From Thermoplasmatales archaeon (GTDB taxonomy: Archaea > Thermoplasmatota > Thermoplasmata > Thermoplasmatales > Thermoplasmataceae): a stretch of DNA of 64,000 nucleotides. The notes under the pieces were generated by a model. The model was not told the origin of the DNA. It was given only the letters and a program-made list of their open reading frames with translations, and made no database searches. The translations under genes and the position numbers were made by a program. The stretch's first letter is position 1. Each line of letters opens with the position of its first letter. Below, piece after piece: positions 30,729 through 40,880 of this stretch. The stretch spans positions 1-64,000 of the forward strand of contig DAIDBH010000017.1 of assembly GCA_027310185.1 (NCBI GenBank), read 5' to 3'.

Positions 30729-32015
30729 TTACAACCTCTTCATCATTCTATAAACATCCACAATCATGTCCTTTCTCTTCTGCTTGTTCTTAAGGGCAGA
30801 TTCCATGACTATCCTGGAAAGATGCTTCTTTGGCTCCCCATTCTCTGAGAATATATTCAGCATTATCTCTTCCGCCATTGCCGGTACCGTGTTGTGAATA
30901 CTTTCGCTCCATGTGACCCTATCTGACCCTTTGAATGTTTCCATGTCCTTCAATACAAATGTTTTCTTCAATGAATCCCTGTATAATTCGTATCTGTCCG
31001 CAGAAGTACTTCCCTTGGTTGCAATATATGCGTCTGCTGCCATTATACCAGATACTATGGCATAGTTCATTCCCTGAAGTACAAGACCGTTGCTGAATGT
31101 AAATCCTGCCGCATCTCCAGCTATCATGTATCCATCTCCATATATCTGGTCAACTGACTGGCCTGCCTCAGGCACAAGATGGGCGCTGTATTCCTCAACT
31201 CTACCATCTGCAAGGAGTGGTGCTATGAACGGATGCTCCTTGAACTGTTCTATAATATTAAATGAATATGTCTGGTTGTTCTTCCTCAAATCTTCCATGG
31301 AAATTACAGCGCCAATTGATATGGATTCCTTGTTTGTATAAAGGAATCCACCTGCCTTCACTCCACCTTCCAGGAAGCCCAGGACATACTCAGATGCATA
31401 TCCCCTCTTTGCACTTGTGAGGTTGAATCTTTCAGTGATGGTCTTTTCTGGTAATTTTATAACTTCCTTCACGCCGATGGCCATGTGCCTGTCGTCAGGT
31501 TTTTTCTTAATACCTGAATCTATGGCTACTCTTGAATTTGCTCCTTCTGCAAGAATCACGGTGTCTGCTGTAACAGTTTCACCGTTCTGCATAACGCCTG
31601 TTACCTTCTTGCCTTCCATTGCCAGCTTGTCCACAGTAACGCCAGATACTACCATTGCACCTGCATCCTTTGCCTTCTTTGCAAGCCATGCATCAAACTT
31701 GGTTCTCAGTACAGTATAACCACTCTTCACTTCCCCGAATCTTGTTGACCTGAAATCCAGGGCAATCTTTGAATCCTTTGTGAGAAATGTAACGCCCTTT
31801 GCCTCAACGTATCTTTCAAGCATATTGCTCTTTTCCCAGTCCGGAATGACCTGGCCGAGGGAATCTCCCCAGAGAACCCCACCAGACACATTCTTGCTTC
31901 CTGGGGGGTCTGCCCTATCTATAAGTAAAACGTTGGCCTTAGCAGAAGCTAACCTTATGGCTGCTGCAGAACCGGCTGGTCCGGCACCAACTACAATGAC
32001 ATCAAACTCACTCAT
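30729..32015 (-). CDS. fixC: FixC-like FAD-dependent ETF:quinone oxidoreductase
   Basis: GAGPAG, PGSKNVSGG, LRTKFDAWLA, EYSAHLVPE, GDAAG. Confidence 0.93.
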   Translation of the reverse strand: MSEFDVIVVGAGPAGSAAAIRLASAKANVLLIDRADPPGSKNVSGGVLWGDSLGQVIPDWEKSNMLERYVEAKGVTFLTKDSKIALDFRSTRFGEVKSGYTVLRTKFDAWLAKKAKDAGAMVVSGVTVDKLAMEGKKVTGVMQNGETVTADTVILAEGANSRVAIDSGIKKKPDDRHMAIGVKEVIKLPEKTITERFNLTSAKRGYASEYVLGFLEGGVKAGGFLYTNKESISIGAVISMEDLRKNNQTYSFNIIEQFKEHPFIAPLLADGRVEEYSAHLVPEAGQSVDQIYGDGYMIAGDAAGFTFSNGLVLQGMNYAIVSGIMAADAYIATKGSTSADRYELYRDSLKKTFVLKDMETFKGSDRVTWSESIHNTVPAMAEEIMLNIFSENGEPKKHLSRIVMESALKNKQKRKDMIVDVYRMMKRL

Positions 32016-32400
32016 TAAACCTACCTGTTATGTGTTAATTACTCCTGACGTAATAACTGTTTTCCAAATATTTAAATCATTTCGTATAGATTGATTACCG
32101 GATATTGGATTTCTTCCCTTTATGGTTATGTTTCATATTTAAACACCACAGTAGTTTTATTTTCCTGGATAGAGTCTTTATATGATACTTTTTGAAATAC
32201 TCTCCATCATAAAGGATTGCACATTTTCAGTTTTAGCAAATCAATCATGGAAATCAATGTACATATTAAATCTCGCCTGGGTTCAGTGTTTAGACACTGA
32301 TAAAGTTAATTCCCGGTGATAACAGAACTTCAAATATATTTTCCAGCATGAAATGAGGAATTAATTACTGCCCCACAGATCTCCGGCTGGATGGCAATCA

Positions 32401-32868
32401 CTACCTTGATGAATGCTCCAGTTTTGCCCCACTCCCCAATCTTTCCTTACAGTAAGCATACAGGGCATCATATAGTGGAAATTGTAGCTTCATGTTCTCA
32501 AAATCATCCTTGGCAATGGCTCTGAAACCAAGAGCGGCCGCCTCCAATCCTGCTGATTCGACCGGTGCGTCAGGTATGGATGCATCTGCCCCTCTCACTA
32601 TATGTGCAAGTTCTGATAAGGCCTGGTCCCTGATCTCATATTTCCTGATTATTGCATCAAAACTGACGTACTCCATTCCATTTTCCCTGTAATGCATCAG
32701 TTCAACACCCGGAAAGTCAAATGGAGTTGCGTTCTCTCTCTTTGCAGTTTCCATGACTTTATCCTTTGGAACGAATAAAAATACTGCTTCCCTATCTACA
32801 AATCTGGAGATCAACCATGGACATGCAATCCTGTCGACTTTTGCGTTTTCTCTTGTTACCCATTTCAT
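32401..32868 (-). CDS. Chromate resistance protein ChrB C-terminal-domain protein
   Basis: MKWVTRENAKVDRIACPWLISRFVD...SFDAII...IVRGAD...LYDALY; start moved to 32868. Confidence 0.88.
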   Translation of the reverse strand: MKWVTRENAKVDRIACPWLISRFVDREAVFLFVPKDKVMETAKRENATPFDFPGVELMHYRENGMEYVSFDAIIRKYEIRDQALSELAHIVRGADASIPDAPVESAGLEAAALGFRAIAKDDFENMKLQFPLYDALYAYCKERLGSGAKLEHSSR

Positions 32869-33024
32869 ATGAAACGTTTCTTCCATCCCCGTGAGGTATA
32901 TAAATATCTTTATGGGTGACCGGCTGGACCTAAACAACTTCTTGTTTCATAGCTGCCACAAATTCAGGATATGAAGAAATCTGGTTCCTGTGAAAAGATG
33001 AGTTAATTCTAAATAATCTGAGAT

Positions 33025-34182
33025 TTATTGCTTCCTGTACAGTGAATCCCTGTTTAGTTCTTTCAGGTTTTTAAATCCAGATAATCCCATCTCAAGATCC
33101 ATTTCTGCCAGTACCTGCTCGAGATATAATTCTATGCCTTCCTGGCCTGCAACTGACAGCGCATATGCATAGGGTCTTCCAATCAGTATCCCACCTGCGC
33201 CAAGAGCCATTGCCTTCATTGCATTTGCTGCGTGCCTGAATCCACTGTCAAACAGGATTTCCCCCTTAAGGTCATCCCTCCCTGAAATCGCTTCAAGTGC
33301 GTCCAGTGACGAGATGGCACCATCTACCTGCCTGCCACCGTGATTTGAAATAACCACTGCTTTTGCACCGGAGTTAAATGCCATTTGAACATCATCCTCG
33401 TGAGTTATGCCCTTCAGGATTACAGGTAATTCTGTAGATCTGCATATTTCCCTGAAATCTTCCCATGAAAATGATGGATTTACATACACGGAGATGAATT
33501 CCATTATGGCCTTTATCAGATCCTCTTCAGGTGGTTTTTCCAGTCTCTTGAGGAAAGCTGGATCCGAGAAGAAATTTGCCAGTCCCTCACCTCTTAGAAA
33601 TGGCAGGTATGCGTTATTCAGGTCCCTTTCTCTCCAGCCTAGCATTGTTGTGTCAGCAGTGACAACAATTGCCCTATAGCCTGATTTCTCAGCTCTCCTT
33701 ATGAAACTCCTGACTATGTTTTTGTCCTTTGATGGATAGAGCTGAAGCCACTTCTCGCCATCTGGAGATTTTTTCGCGATTTCTTCCATCGTGATTGATG
33801 ATACAGTGCTGAGGTTAAACGGCATGTTCATTTTTGCCGCAGCTCTTGCACTTGCAATCTCGCCATCCTTATGCAGTATGGATTGCACTCCTATGGGAGC
33901 AAGTATGAATGGTGATTCATGATTTATGCCAAGGAATTCTGCATCCAGTGATCTCGTGGAAACATCCCTCAGGTATCTTGGCCTTATGCGCCATTTCCTG
34001 AATGCCGACCTGTTTTCCTGCACAGTATCTTCCTCTCCTGCGCCTCCCTCAAGATAATCCCATGCATCCTTTGTGAGAGTATTTTTCGCTCTTTCCCTCC
34101 ATTCATCAACTGACTGTGGCAGCTTCCTGTTTTCTGCACCTGTGAATACCCTTGTCTGGTATTTTGTTCCCTGATCTGTCAT
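33025..34182 (-). CDS. FMN-dependent alpha-hydroxy acid oxidase (lactate 2-monooxygenase-like)
   Basis: LAPIGVQ, WLQLY, DTTMLGWRERDL, LKGI, SNHGGRQVDG. Confidence 0.92.
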   Translation of the reverse strand: MTDQGTKYQTRVFTGAENRKLPQSVDEWRERAKNTLTKDAWDYLEGGAGEEDTVQENRSAFRKWRIRPRYLRDVSTRSLDAEFLGINHESPFILAPIGVQSILHKDGEIASARAAAKMNMPFNLSTVSSITMEEIAKKSPDGEKWLQLYPSKDKNIVRSFIRRAEKSGYRAIVVTADTTMLGWRERDLNNAYLPFLRGEGLANFFSDPAFLKRLEKPPEEDLIKAIMEFISVYVNPSFSWEDFREICRSTELPVILKGITHEDDVQMAFNSGAKAVVISNHGGRQVDGAISSLDALEAISGRDDLKGEILFDSGFRHAANAMKAMALGAGGILIGRPYAYALSVAGQEGIELYLEQVLAEMDLEMGLSGFKNLKELNRDSLYRKQ

Positions 34183-34267
34183 TGTGATTCACATGCCTTC
34201 AGAAGTATATTTTATTTAGGGGAAACGTTAATTTGTCTATTTCCTTATTTGCCTGATTATCCTCGCT

Positions 34268-35287
34268 TCAGTGCATAAGAAGGTATTTTTCTCTTTCCTC
34301 CTCTGTAATCCTGCTGATCTGTTTCTCCAATGATTTTACCTCACTGGCAGGATCAAAATTCATTTCCCTGTTTTCCTCCTTGAGTGTGAGGTATATGGAT
34401 CCGATTACTGCGTGATACCCATAAAGCGGGTCGGTTGGAATCATTTCCGGATATTGTTCCAGCACATCGCTCCTGACCTTTTTCCAGTAGAGGTTTGATG
34501 CCCTGAATAATCCACCGTAACCGCTGAAATGTACTTCCTCATCGCCAAACATTGTTTTCCTCAGTGATATTATGCACTTTGCTGCCTCTGTGGCTGATTC
34601 TTCCAAGAGTTCAGTTGCAAGTTCATCCCCTTTTTCAGCCAGTTTAGCTACAATGCCTGTAAATGATGCTATCCTGCCTATGTCTGGTGGATTTGTGTAC
34701 ACCTGGTTCACAATTTCCTTCAGATCATCTACATGAAAAAACTCCTTCACAGAATCCGGGATTTTACTCCTGATCACAGATCGACCATCATAAATCTTCA
34801 TTGTTTCCTGTAATGCTCTTCTGGCTGTGTAAAATGCTCCACCTTCATCACCCAGTATCCAGCCCCATCCACTTACTCTCCGGAATGCTGTTCCCTTCCT
34901 TCCATAGGAAACCATTCCTGTACCAGGGCATATCACAATGCCATCCTTTCCTGGAAATCTGCAATCAAATCCAGCCTCTCCATCATTGAGCACCCTTACC
35001 ATTGATATCTTTTCATGATCAACGACCCTGCCTATAAGTTCATTTTTCAGATTAGAGTCTTTCACACCCGCCAGTGCAATTGAAAATTTTGCTATATTAT
35101 TTATAACTATATCTGCCCGTCCTACGGCCCTTGAGATCGCTTCCTTTATGTTTTTTCCTGCTTCTTCAATTCCCCTTGTCCTGTAATTGCTTGGACCGGA
35201 AATACCCATCCCGTGAATGGAGCCATCTTCTGAGTAGCAAACCGCCACGGTCTTCGTCGCACCACCATCCACGGAAACAAACATCAT
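34268..35287 (-). CDS. BadF-family N-acetylmuramate/N-acetylglucosamine kinase (MurK-like)
   Basis: VDGGATKT, GPSNY, LND, PGTG, SGWGWILGDEGGA; context with murQ/nagA. Confidence 0.85.
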   Translation of the reverse strand: MMFVSVDGGATKTVAVCYSEDGSIHGMGISGPSNYRTRGIEEAGKNIKEAISRAVGRADIVINNIAKFSIALAGVKDSNLKNELIGRVVDHEKISMVRVLNDGEAGFDCRFPGKDGIVICPGTGMVSYGRKGTAFRRVSGWGWILGDEGGAFYTARRALQETMKIYDGRSVIRSKIPDSVKEFFHVDDLKEIVNQVYTNPPDIGRIASFTGIVAKLAEKGDELATELLEESATEAAKCIISLRKTMFGDEEVHFSGYGGLFRASNLYWKKVRSDVLEQYPEMIPTDPLYGYHAVIGSIYLTLKEENREMNFDPASEVKSLEKQISRITEEEREKYLLMH

Positions 35288-35317
35288 TATTACTGGTAAT
35301 ATTCAGGAATACATAAA

Positions 35318-36427
35318 TCAATCTGAATTGTTGAGAACAGAGAATACAAAGTTGTGGAATCTTCTCCTGAATTTCAGTATCCTGATATTTTCCCTTGTTG
35401 GGTATACCCTGTTGCTCAGCACTATTGCATAGGCACCTGTCTTTGGATCTATGCAGATGGATGTCCCGGTAAACCCTGTGTGGCCAAATGCACCATAGTT
35501 GACTGTTTCACCCATGAATGCGTTGTACCCGAATGACGGTCCTGGAACTGGTGGCCTTGGTACCTTGATCATCCACCCAAGGCCGAACATTCCTCCTACA
35601 TTCTGGTTCTGTGGCGTTACCATCATGCTCAATGTTTCCTTCCTGACAATTTTTCCACTTAACAGTGCTTCAGTAAAAATGCCCATGTCATGGGTGTTGC
35701 TGAACAACCCAGCATGCCCACATACGCCGCCGTAAAAATACGACTTCTCATCATGTACCTTTCCCCATACCGGCATTCCTCTTTCTGGATCCTCTTCAGT
35801 TGGTGCAATTTTTTCCTTTGCCACAGATGGATTAAAGAAAGAGCTATTCATTGACAGGGGTGAGAATAACTTCTCCTTTGCCAGAACATCCAGGGGTTTT
35901 CCAGATATCTCCTCAAGAAGGAAGGCGAGAAGTATGAAATTGAGATCACTGTATTCTTCTGTTGCAGGAAGCGTATCATGCTGGTGCATCAATCCAATTG
36001 TTCGCAGGTAATCTTCCTTTGTCTTTCCATATTTGTAAAGGGGGAATGTTGAGATCAATCCAGAAGTGTGTGTGATCAGCTGCCTGACTGTCAGGTTGGA
36101 TATGATCAGATCCTGGTTGTAAAGACCAAGAGAACCAAGGCTGTCCTCCAGGCTAAGCTCTCCCCTTTCAATATATTTCATTACCAGGCTTGCTGTTACC
36201 ACTGGCTTTGTTAGAGATGCCATGTCATAAATGGTATCCTCACTGTATTTGAAGTTAAGTTCTTTTATCTTTCCCTTGAAATATGACGTTTTATATGACC
36301 CCTTTCCTACCAGAACATTCATTCCTGAGGATACGCCTTCGAGATTTTTATCGACGAATTCCTTTAATTCTTCCGTGAAATTATCCATGTTCTTCCCCTT
36401 CATTCGATTTGCCCCCATATTCACCAT
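35318..36427 (-). CDS. Beta-lactamase-fold serine hydrolase, AmiE-like MurNAc-L-Ala amidase candidate
   Basis: DMASLTK (SxxK), LITHTSG, YSDLNF, GKVHDE, GHAGLFS, GHTGFTGTS, LSNRVYP. Confidence 0.8.
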   Translation of the reverse strand: MVNMGANRMKGKNMDNFTEELKEFVDKNLEGVSSGMNVLVGKGSYKTSYFKGKIKELNFKYSEDTIYDMASLTKPVVTASLVMKYIERGELSLEDSLGSLGLYNQDLIISNLTVRQLITHTSGLISTFPLYKYGKTKEDYLRTIGLMHQHDTLPATEEYSDLNFILLAFLLEEISGKPLDVLAKEKLFSPLSMNSSFFNPSVAKEKIAPTEEDPERGMPVWGKVHDEKSYFYGGVCGHAGLFSNTHDMGIFTEALLSGKIVRKETLSMMVTPQNQNVGGMFGLGWMIKVPRPPVPGPSFGYNAFMGETVNYGAFGHTGFTGTSICIDPKTGAYAIVLSNRVYPTRENIRILKFRRRFHNFVFSVLNNSD

Positions 36428-37407
36428 CTCACAACCTTGCTCAGGTTTGATGGATGATCAGGATCCATGCCCATGTTTACGGCCTTGAAATTTGCAAGAA
36501 GCTGGATGTATACAAGCGAGTTGAAGACCTTTTGAAACGGGTTTGTTTCATTGATCTTCAGGACTGCATCCCCATTCCCAATGGTTATGACCTCCCCTGA
36601 TAACGCCTTCAATTTTTCCATTATTTTCCTGTTGGGAAAACTACCCTCAGTCAACCAGATTACAGTTGTATCCCCATCCAGCCTGTGCACCGGGCCGTGA
36701 AAATATTCCCGCGTTGGATATGACTCTGTGACAACGCCAGATGTTTCCTTGAACTTAAGACCGCCTTCAAGAGCAACAGGGTAGCACTTTTCTGAACCGA
36801 GAAAAACAACCTTATTCCTGATTTTTGTAGATACTGAACCTACTTCATCTATAGCTGAAACGATCTTTGCAATGCCATTACATATATCATCCACTTCCTC
36901 ACTTATGTTTTTATCATTCCTGAGCCTGTAGTCTATGAGCATTGAGACTGCTACCTGGACAGCATGGGACTTGGTTGCTGCAATTGATTTTTCCTTTCCA
37001 GCGTGTGTGAGAATTGAATTATCAGATTCCCTGAAGAGCTGACTTTCCCTCTCATTGGTTATTCCTATCACTGTAAAACCGTATTTCTTTGAAAGCTTTT
37101 GGTTGGAGATTGCATCAGTACTCTCTCCTGACTGGCTAAAGATTATGTTCGTTATATCTCCATGAAGGTTCTTTATGAGGTTTTCGCTGTATTCTGATGA
37201 TGTAATGGCCATGGATCTTATGCCATTCTCAAGTAATGTATAATTTAACATTAGTGCAGCGTTATAGCTTGTTCCACTACCTGTTACAAAGACAAATGAT
37301 GATTTCCTTATCTGATCTATTATGGAATCAATTCTGTCAGCGTTCTCATTGATAGTTTTCCTTATTGCCTCTGGCTCTTCCCGGATCTCTTCATACATGA
37401 CAGTCAT
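36421..37407 (-). CDS. Double-SIS glucosamine-6-phosphate deaminase (GlmD/NagB-II type)
   Basis: MYEEIREEP, GSGTSYNA, SQSGES, ATKS, EGGLKFKE, HGP, DPDHPSNLSKV; GlmS isomerase half without a glutaminase domain; start moved to 37407. Confidence 0.88.
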   Translation of the reverse strand: MTVMYEEIREEPEAIRKTINENADRIDSIIDQIRKSSFVFVTGSGTSYNAALMLNYTLLENGIRSMAITSSEYSENLIKNLHGDITNIIFSQSGESTDAISNQKLSKKYGFTVIGITNERESQLFRESDNSILTHAGKEKSIAATKSHAVQVAVSMLIDYRLRNDKNISEEVDDICNGIAKIVSAIDEVGSVSTKIRNKVVFLGSEKCYPVALEGGLKFKETSGVVTESYPTREYFHGPVHRLDGDTTVIWLTEGSFPNRKIMEKLKALSGEVITIGNGDAVLKINETNPFQKVFNSLVYIQLLANFKAVNMGMDPDHPSNLSKVVRW

Positions 37408-37717
37408 ATGGAGTTGTATTGGTATTAACGCTATAAATCTTCTTTTGCTGCCCTTTTGCATATATATCAATTCATGATTCAATTTCTGGAAGTGGTAAAA
37501 AACGCTCATCACAATTTTGTATGAAAAATTGCTATGGGAACCACTTGGATATAATTTTTTACACAATGCTTCAACAACAATGCTTTAATACGAGCGAAAA
37601 CATGTTCAAAAAATTGTAGCATTATGCTTAGAACTGAAACTAAGAATAATACAAATTTGAAAGTTTGGACACCCAAAATAAACACCTTATATACATAGAT
37701 AAACTCACATTAGTAGA

Positions 37718-38878
37718 GTGATTAATCTGGAGAGCAGTATTCTTCTGAAGAGGATCGTTACACCGAATGGATATGTGGATGACTGCTATCTCAATATAAA
37801 AGATGGTGTTATACACAGCATAACGAGAAAGGGAATATTTGGCAATGAGATTATAGATTATTCAAATCTCACTGCAATTCCAGGATTCATAGATATACAC
37901 ACCCATGGGTATTTTGGAATTGATGCAACCTATTCATCAGAGGATGAGATTCACATGTGGGCCTCCATGCTAGCCAGGAAAGGCATTACCTCCTTTATTC
38001 CCACATGCGTCTCACTTCCACTTGAGACCATGATCAAATTCGTAAATAAGATCAAAACAGCATCACTTCATCAAAAGAAAAATGAGGCGAGAATACTGGG
38101 AATGAGAAGCGAGGGACCGTATATCAGTCTGGAGCAGAAAGGGGCACATAACACACTATACCTGAGGAAACCAGATGTTGAAGAACTGAAAAAAATAGTT
38201 CACGCTGCTGGTGATTCCACGTTTCTGATTGATATGGCTCCAGAGCTTGAAAATTTCATGGAATCAATGGAATATCTGCTGGAGAATGACAAGATTGTAT
38301 CCCTTGGACATTCAAATGCCTCATACGTCCAGGCCAGGAAAGGAATTGAATCTGGCGCGAAACTGATGACACACTTTTTTAATGCAATGTCTCCCCTGAA
38401 ACACAGGGAGGTTGGCATGGTTGGGGCCGGTCTTTTATCAGATTCAGTATATCTGGAACTCATAGGAGATATGCATCATGTGTCAAGGGAGGCAATTGAG
38501 ATTCTACTGAAAACAAGAGATATTGATCACATAGTGGGAATTACAGATTCACTTTCCATAGGAGGTACTACCACAGCAGAAGTTAAACTTGGAGGCCTTG
38601 ATGTCATAAAAAAGGATGGTGTTGCATGGATCAAGGATACAAACACCATCGCAGGAAGCATCCTCACAATGGATGCTGCATTCCGGAATCTTAATGAGAT
38701 TATCCCAGATCTCATGAGCCTGACGAAGATTTTTTCGACTAACCCCTCAAGGGTATTGAGCCTGAAAAACCTGGGATATATAGATGCTGGAATGAATGCA
38801 GACCTGAATTTTATTGATGAACATATGAATGTGAAAGCCACGATGATAGGTGGGTATCTTGCTGGTGATGAGAAATGA
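37718..38878 (+). CDS. nagA: N-acetylglucosamine-6-phosphate deacetylase
   Basis: PGFIDIHTHG, EGPYI...KGAH, GHS, THFFNAM, ITD, IAGS. Confidence 0.96.
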   Translation: MINLESSILLKRIVTPNGYVDDCYLNIKDGVIHSITRKGIFGNEIIDYSNLTAIPGFIDIHTHGYFGIDATYSSEDEIHMWASMLARKGITSFIPTCVSLPLETMIKFVNKIKTASLHQKKNEARILGMRSEGPYISLEQKGAHNTLYLRKPDVEELKKIVHAAGDSTFLIDMAPELENFMESMEYLLENDKIVSLGHSNASYVQARKGIESGAKLMTHFFNAMSPLKHREVGMVGAGLLSDSVYLELIGDMHHVSREAIEILLKTRDIDHIVGITDSLSIGGTTTAEVKLGGLDVIKKDGVAWIKDTNTIAGSILTMDAAFRNLNEIIPDLMSLTKIFSTNPSRVLSLKNLGYIDAGMNADLNFIDEHMNVKATMIGGYLAGDEK

Positions 38879-38921
38879 GAATATTTAAGGGGCAGAACTA
38901 TCTGGTAAGAAGGTATAAGAT

Positions 38922-39743
38922 ATGACGTCATCCACTGAAGACATAAACCCATTTTCTGTAAACATACATGAGTGGGATGAAGAAACAATTAGCTCATTTA
39001 TTCACCTCTCAGATATAGCTGCCTATGAGGCAGTTGGAAAAGCGATGGATGAAATTTCCAAAGCATGCCGGATGATTCTGGAATCCCTTGAAAAAGGTGG
39101 GAGAGTCATTTACCTTGGTGCAGGTACAAGTGGAAGGGTTGCTGCCCAGGATGTTGTTGAACTGCTTCCAACATACGATCTCGGAACAGATTACTTTGAT
39201 TTCATACTGGCTGGAGGTGTCGGATCACTTGTTAAATCTGTTGAGGGCGCAGAGGATGACAGGAACGGATCAGTGAATGAGTTGAAGCAGAGGAGGCTAA
39301 ATTATAAGGACACTGTTGTTGGAATATCAGCATCAGGCACTACCCCATTCGTCCTTGGTGGCATGGACTACGCAAGAACACTGGGATGCAGGACAATTGG
39401 AATAACAAATAATCATGGCAAGAAGATAGAGAAATCATCTGATCTATGCATTGAACTGCTGACAGGCCCGGAAGTTATTCAGGGTTCAACCAGGATGAAG
39501 GCAGGGACTGCTCAGAAGATGGCACTGAATATAATTTCTACCACTGTAGCGGTAAGGCTTGGAAGAACCTACAGGAATACCATGTCCCACATGGGATCAT
39601 GGTACAATGAAAAACTGAAGAAAAGATCGGTTAACATACTTGTTACCCAGTTTTCAATGACTGAATCTGATGCAGAGAAAATGCTTACTGAAAATAATTA
39701 CAACATTAACAGGTGCATAGAAATTCTGAAGAACAGTAGATAA
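38922..39743 (+). CDS. murQ: N-acetylmuramic acid 6-phosphate etherase
   Basis: YLGAGTSGR, EGAEDD, GISASGTTP, GPEVIQGSTRMKAGTAQKM. Confidence 0.96.
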   Translation: MTSSTEDINPFSVNIHEWDEETISSFIHLSDIAAYEAVGKAMDEISKACRMILESLEKGGRVIYLGAGTSGRVAAQDVVELLPTYDLGTDYFDFILAGGVGSLVKSVEGAEDDRNGSVNELKQRRLNYKDTVVGISASGTTPFVLGGMDYARTLGCRTIGITNNHGKKIEKSSDLCIELLTGPEVIQGSTRMKAGTAQKMALNIISTTVAVRLGRTYRNTMSHMGSWYNEKLKKRSVNILVTQFSMTESDAEKMLTENNYNINRCIEILKNSR

Positions 39744-39795
39744 GTGAGAAACTGCTCCAATCAACTTAATATTGCCAGTTATTATGCTCCGGTAG

Positions 39796-40872
39796 ATGAT
39801 AAAATCAGTAAAATTTAAAAAACTGAATCTTGAGATGAAGAAACCTTTCAAGATTGCTTTGGGCTCAACAGATTTTTATGAGGGATTCCTGGTTTCCATT
39901 GAGACAGATGATGGCATAACAGGATACGGTGAGGCTACCACAACACCATTCATTACAGGAGATACCATGGGCTCAATAGAGAGCGAACTTTCATTCTTCT
40001 CAAAGAAGCTGATCGGAGAGGAAGAATCACCTGAGATTGTAAATACAAAGATGAAGGCGTGGATGAGATCATCCAAGGCAAGCAGGAATGCAATTGACTG
40101 TGCACTCTGGGACATCATAGGAAAGAGGGCAAACATGAACCTTGTAAAATTGCTGGGAAATCATAAGAAATCAATCCTGACTTCATACACCGTTGATCTG
40201 GTTGATGCAGAGACTGCGAAATCACAGGCTAAGGAGCTGTTATCACAGGGTCTCAGGGTTTTCAAGATAAAAGTCGGATCCGGGATTGAGGAAGATTTGA
40301 AAAGAGTAAAGGTTGTGAGGGATGTGGTTGGGGAAGATAAGATGATCTACATAGACTTCAACCAGGCATATAACGTTAAAAATGCTGTCAGGATATCAAG
40401 ATTACTGGAACCTTACAATATAGAATTCATGGAACAACCCATTGCTTCCACAGATATTTCTGGATTGCGTTTTATAAGGGATCATTCTGAAATTCCTGTC
40501 TATGCAGACGAGACCATTTTCACGCCACAGGATGTTTCTGAAGTTCTTAGAAGGGAAGCTGTGGATGGAATAAATATCAAGCTGATGAAATCTGGAGGAA
40601 TCTCAGATGCAATGCAGATGGCAAACACTGCAAAATCATTTGGTGTGCCAGTGATGATAGGATGCATGGTTGAAACGAGGATTGCGAACACTTCTGGCCT
40701 CATAGTTGCACTGAGCAACTCTGCAGTTAAATATGCTGATCTTGACGGATACAATAACATAAAGGAGGACCCTGTTACAGAAGGAATTCTGATGAATAAG
40801 GGAGAAGTGAGCTTATCAGCAAATCTACCTGGAACAGGTATAGCTGTGAGGGAGAAATTCCTTAAAGCATGA
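39796..40872 (+). CDS. L-Ala-D/L-Glu dipeptide epimerase (enolase superfamily)
   Basis: KIK, DFNQ, EQP, ADE, NIKLMKSGG, GCMVE and the DLDG motif typical of dipeptide epimerases (YcjG/YkfB). Confidence 0.9.
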   Translation: MIKSVKFKKLNLEMKKPFKIALGSTDFYEGFLVSIETDDGITGYGEATTTPFITGDTMGSIESELSFFSKKLIGEEESPEIVNTKMKAWMRSSKASRNAIDCALWDIIGKRANMNLVKLLGNHKKSILTSYTVDLVDAETAKSQAKELLSQGLRVFKIKVGSGIEEDLKRVKVVRDVVGEDKMIYIDFNQAYNVKNAVRISRLLEPYNIEFMEQPIASTDISGLRFIRDHSEIPVYADETIFTPQDVSEVLRREAVDGINIKLMKSGGISDAMQMANTAKSFGVPVMIGCMVETRIANTSGLIVALSNSAVKYADLDGYNNIKEDPVTEGILMNKGEVSLSANLPGTGIAVREKFLKA

Positions 40873-40880
40873 ACTGAGCG

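Noticed and set aside
32283-32300. Palindrome TCAGTGT-TTAG-ACACTGA between the ChrB-like gene and fixC
   Set aside because: Single occurrence; cannot distinguish operator, terminator or chance.
35318-36427. Beta-lactamase antibiotic resistance gene
   Set aside because: Motifs (GKVHDE, GHAGLFS, GHTGFTG) and context fit AmiE-like hydrolases; no signal peptide.
36421-37566. GlmS (glucosamine-6-phosphate synthase)
   Set aside because: No N-terminal Cys glutaminase domain. Pairing in trans with the Ntn protein at 57843 is unlikely because that protein looks EgtC/DUG3-like.
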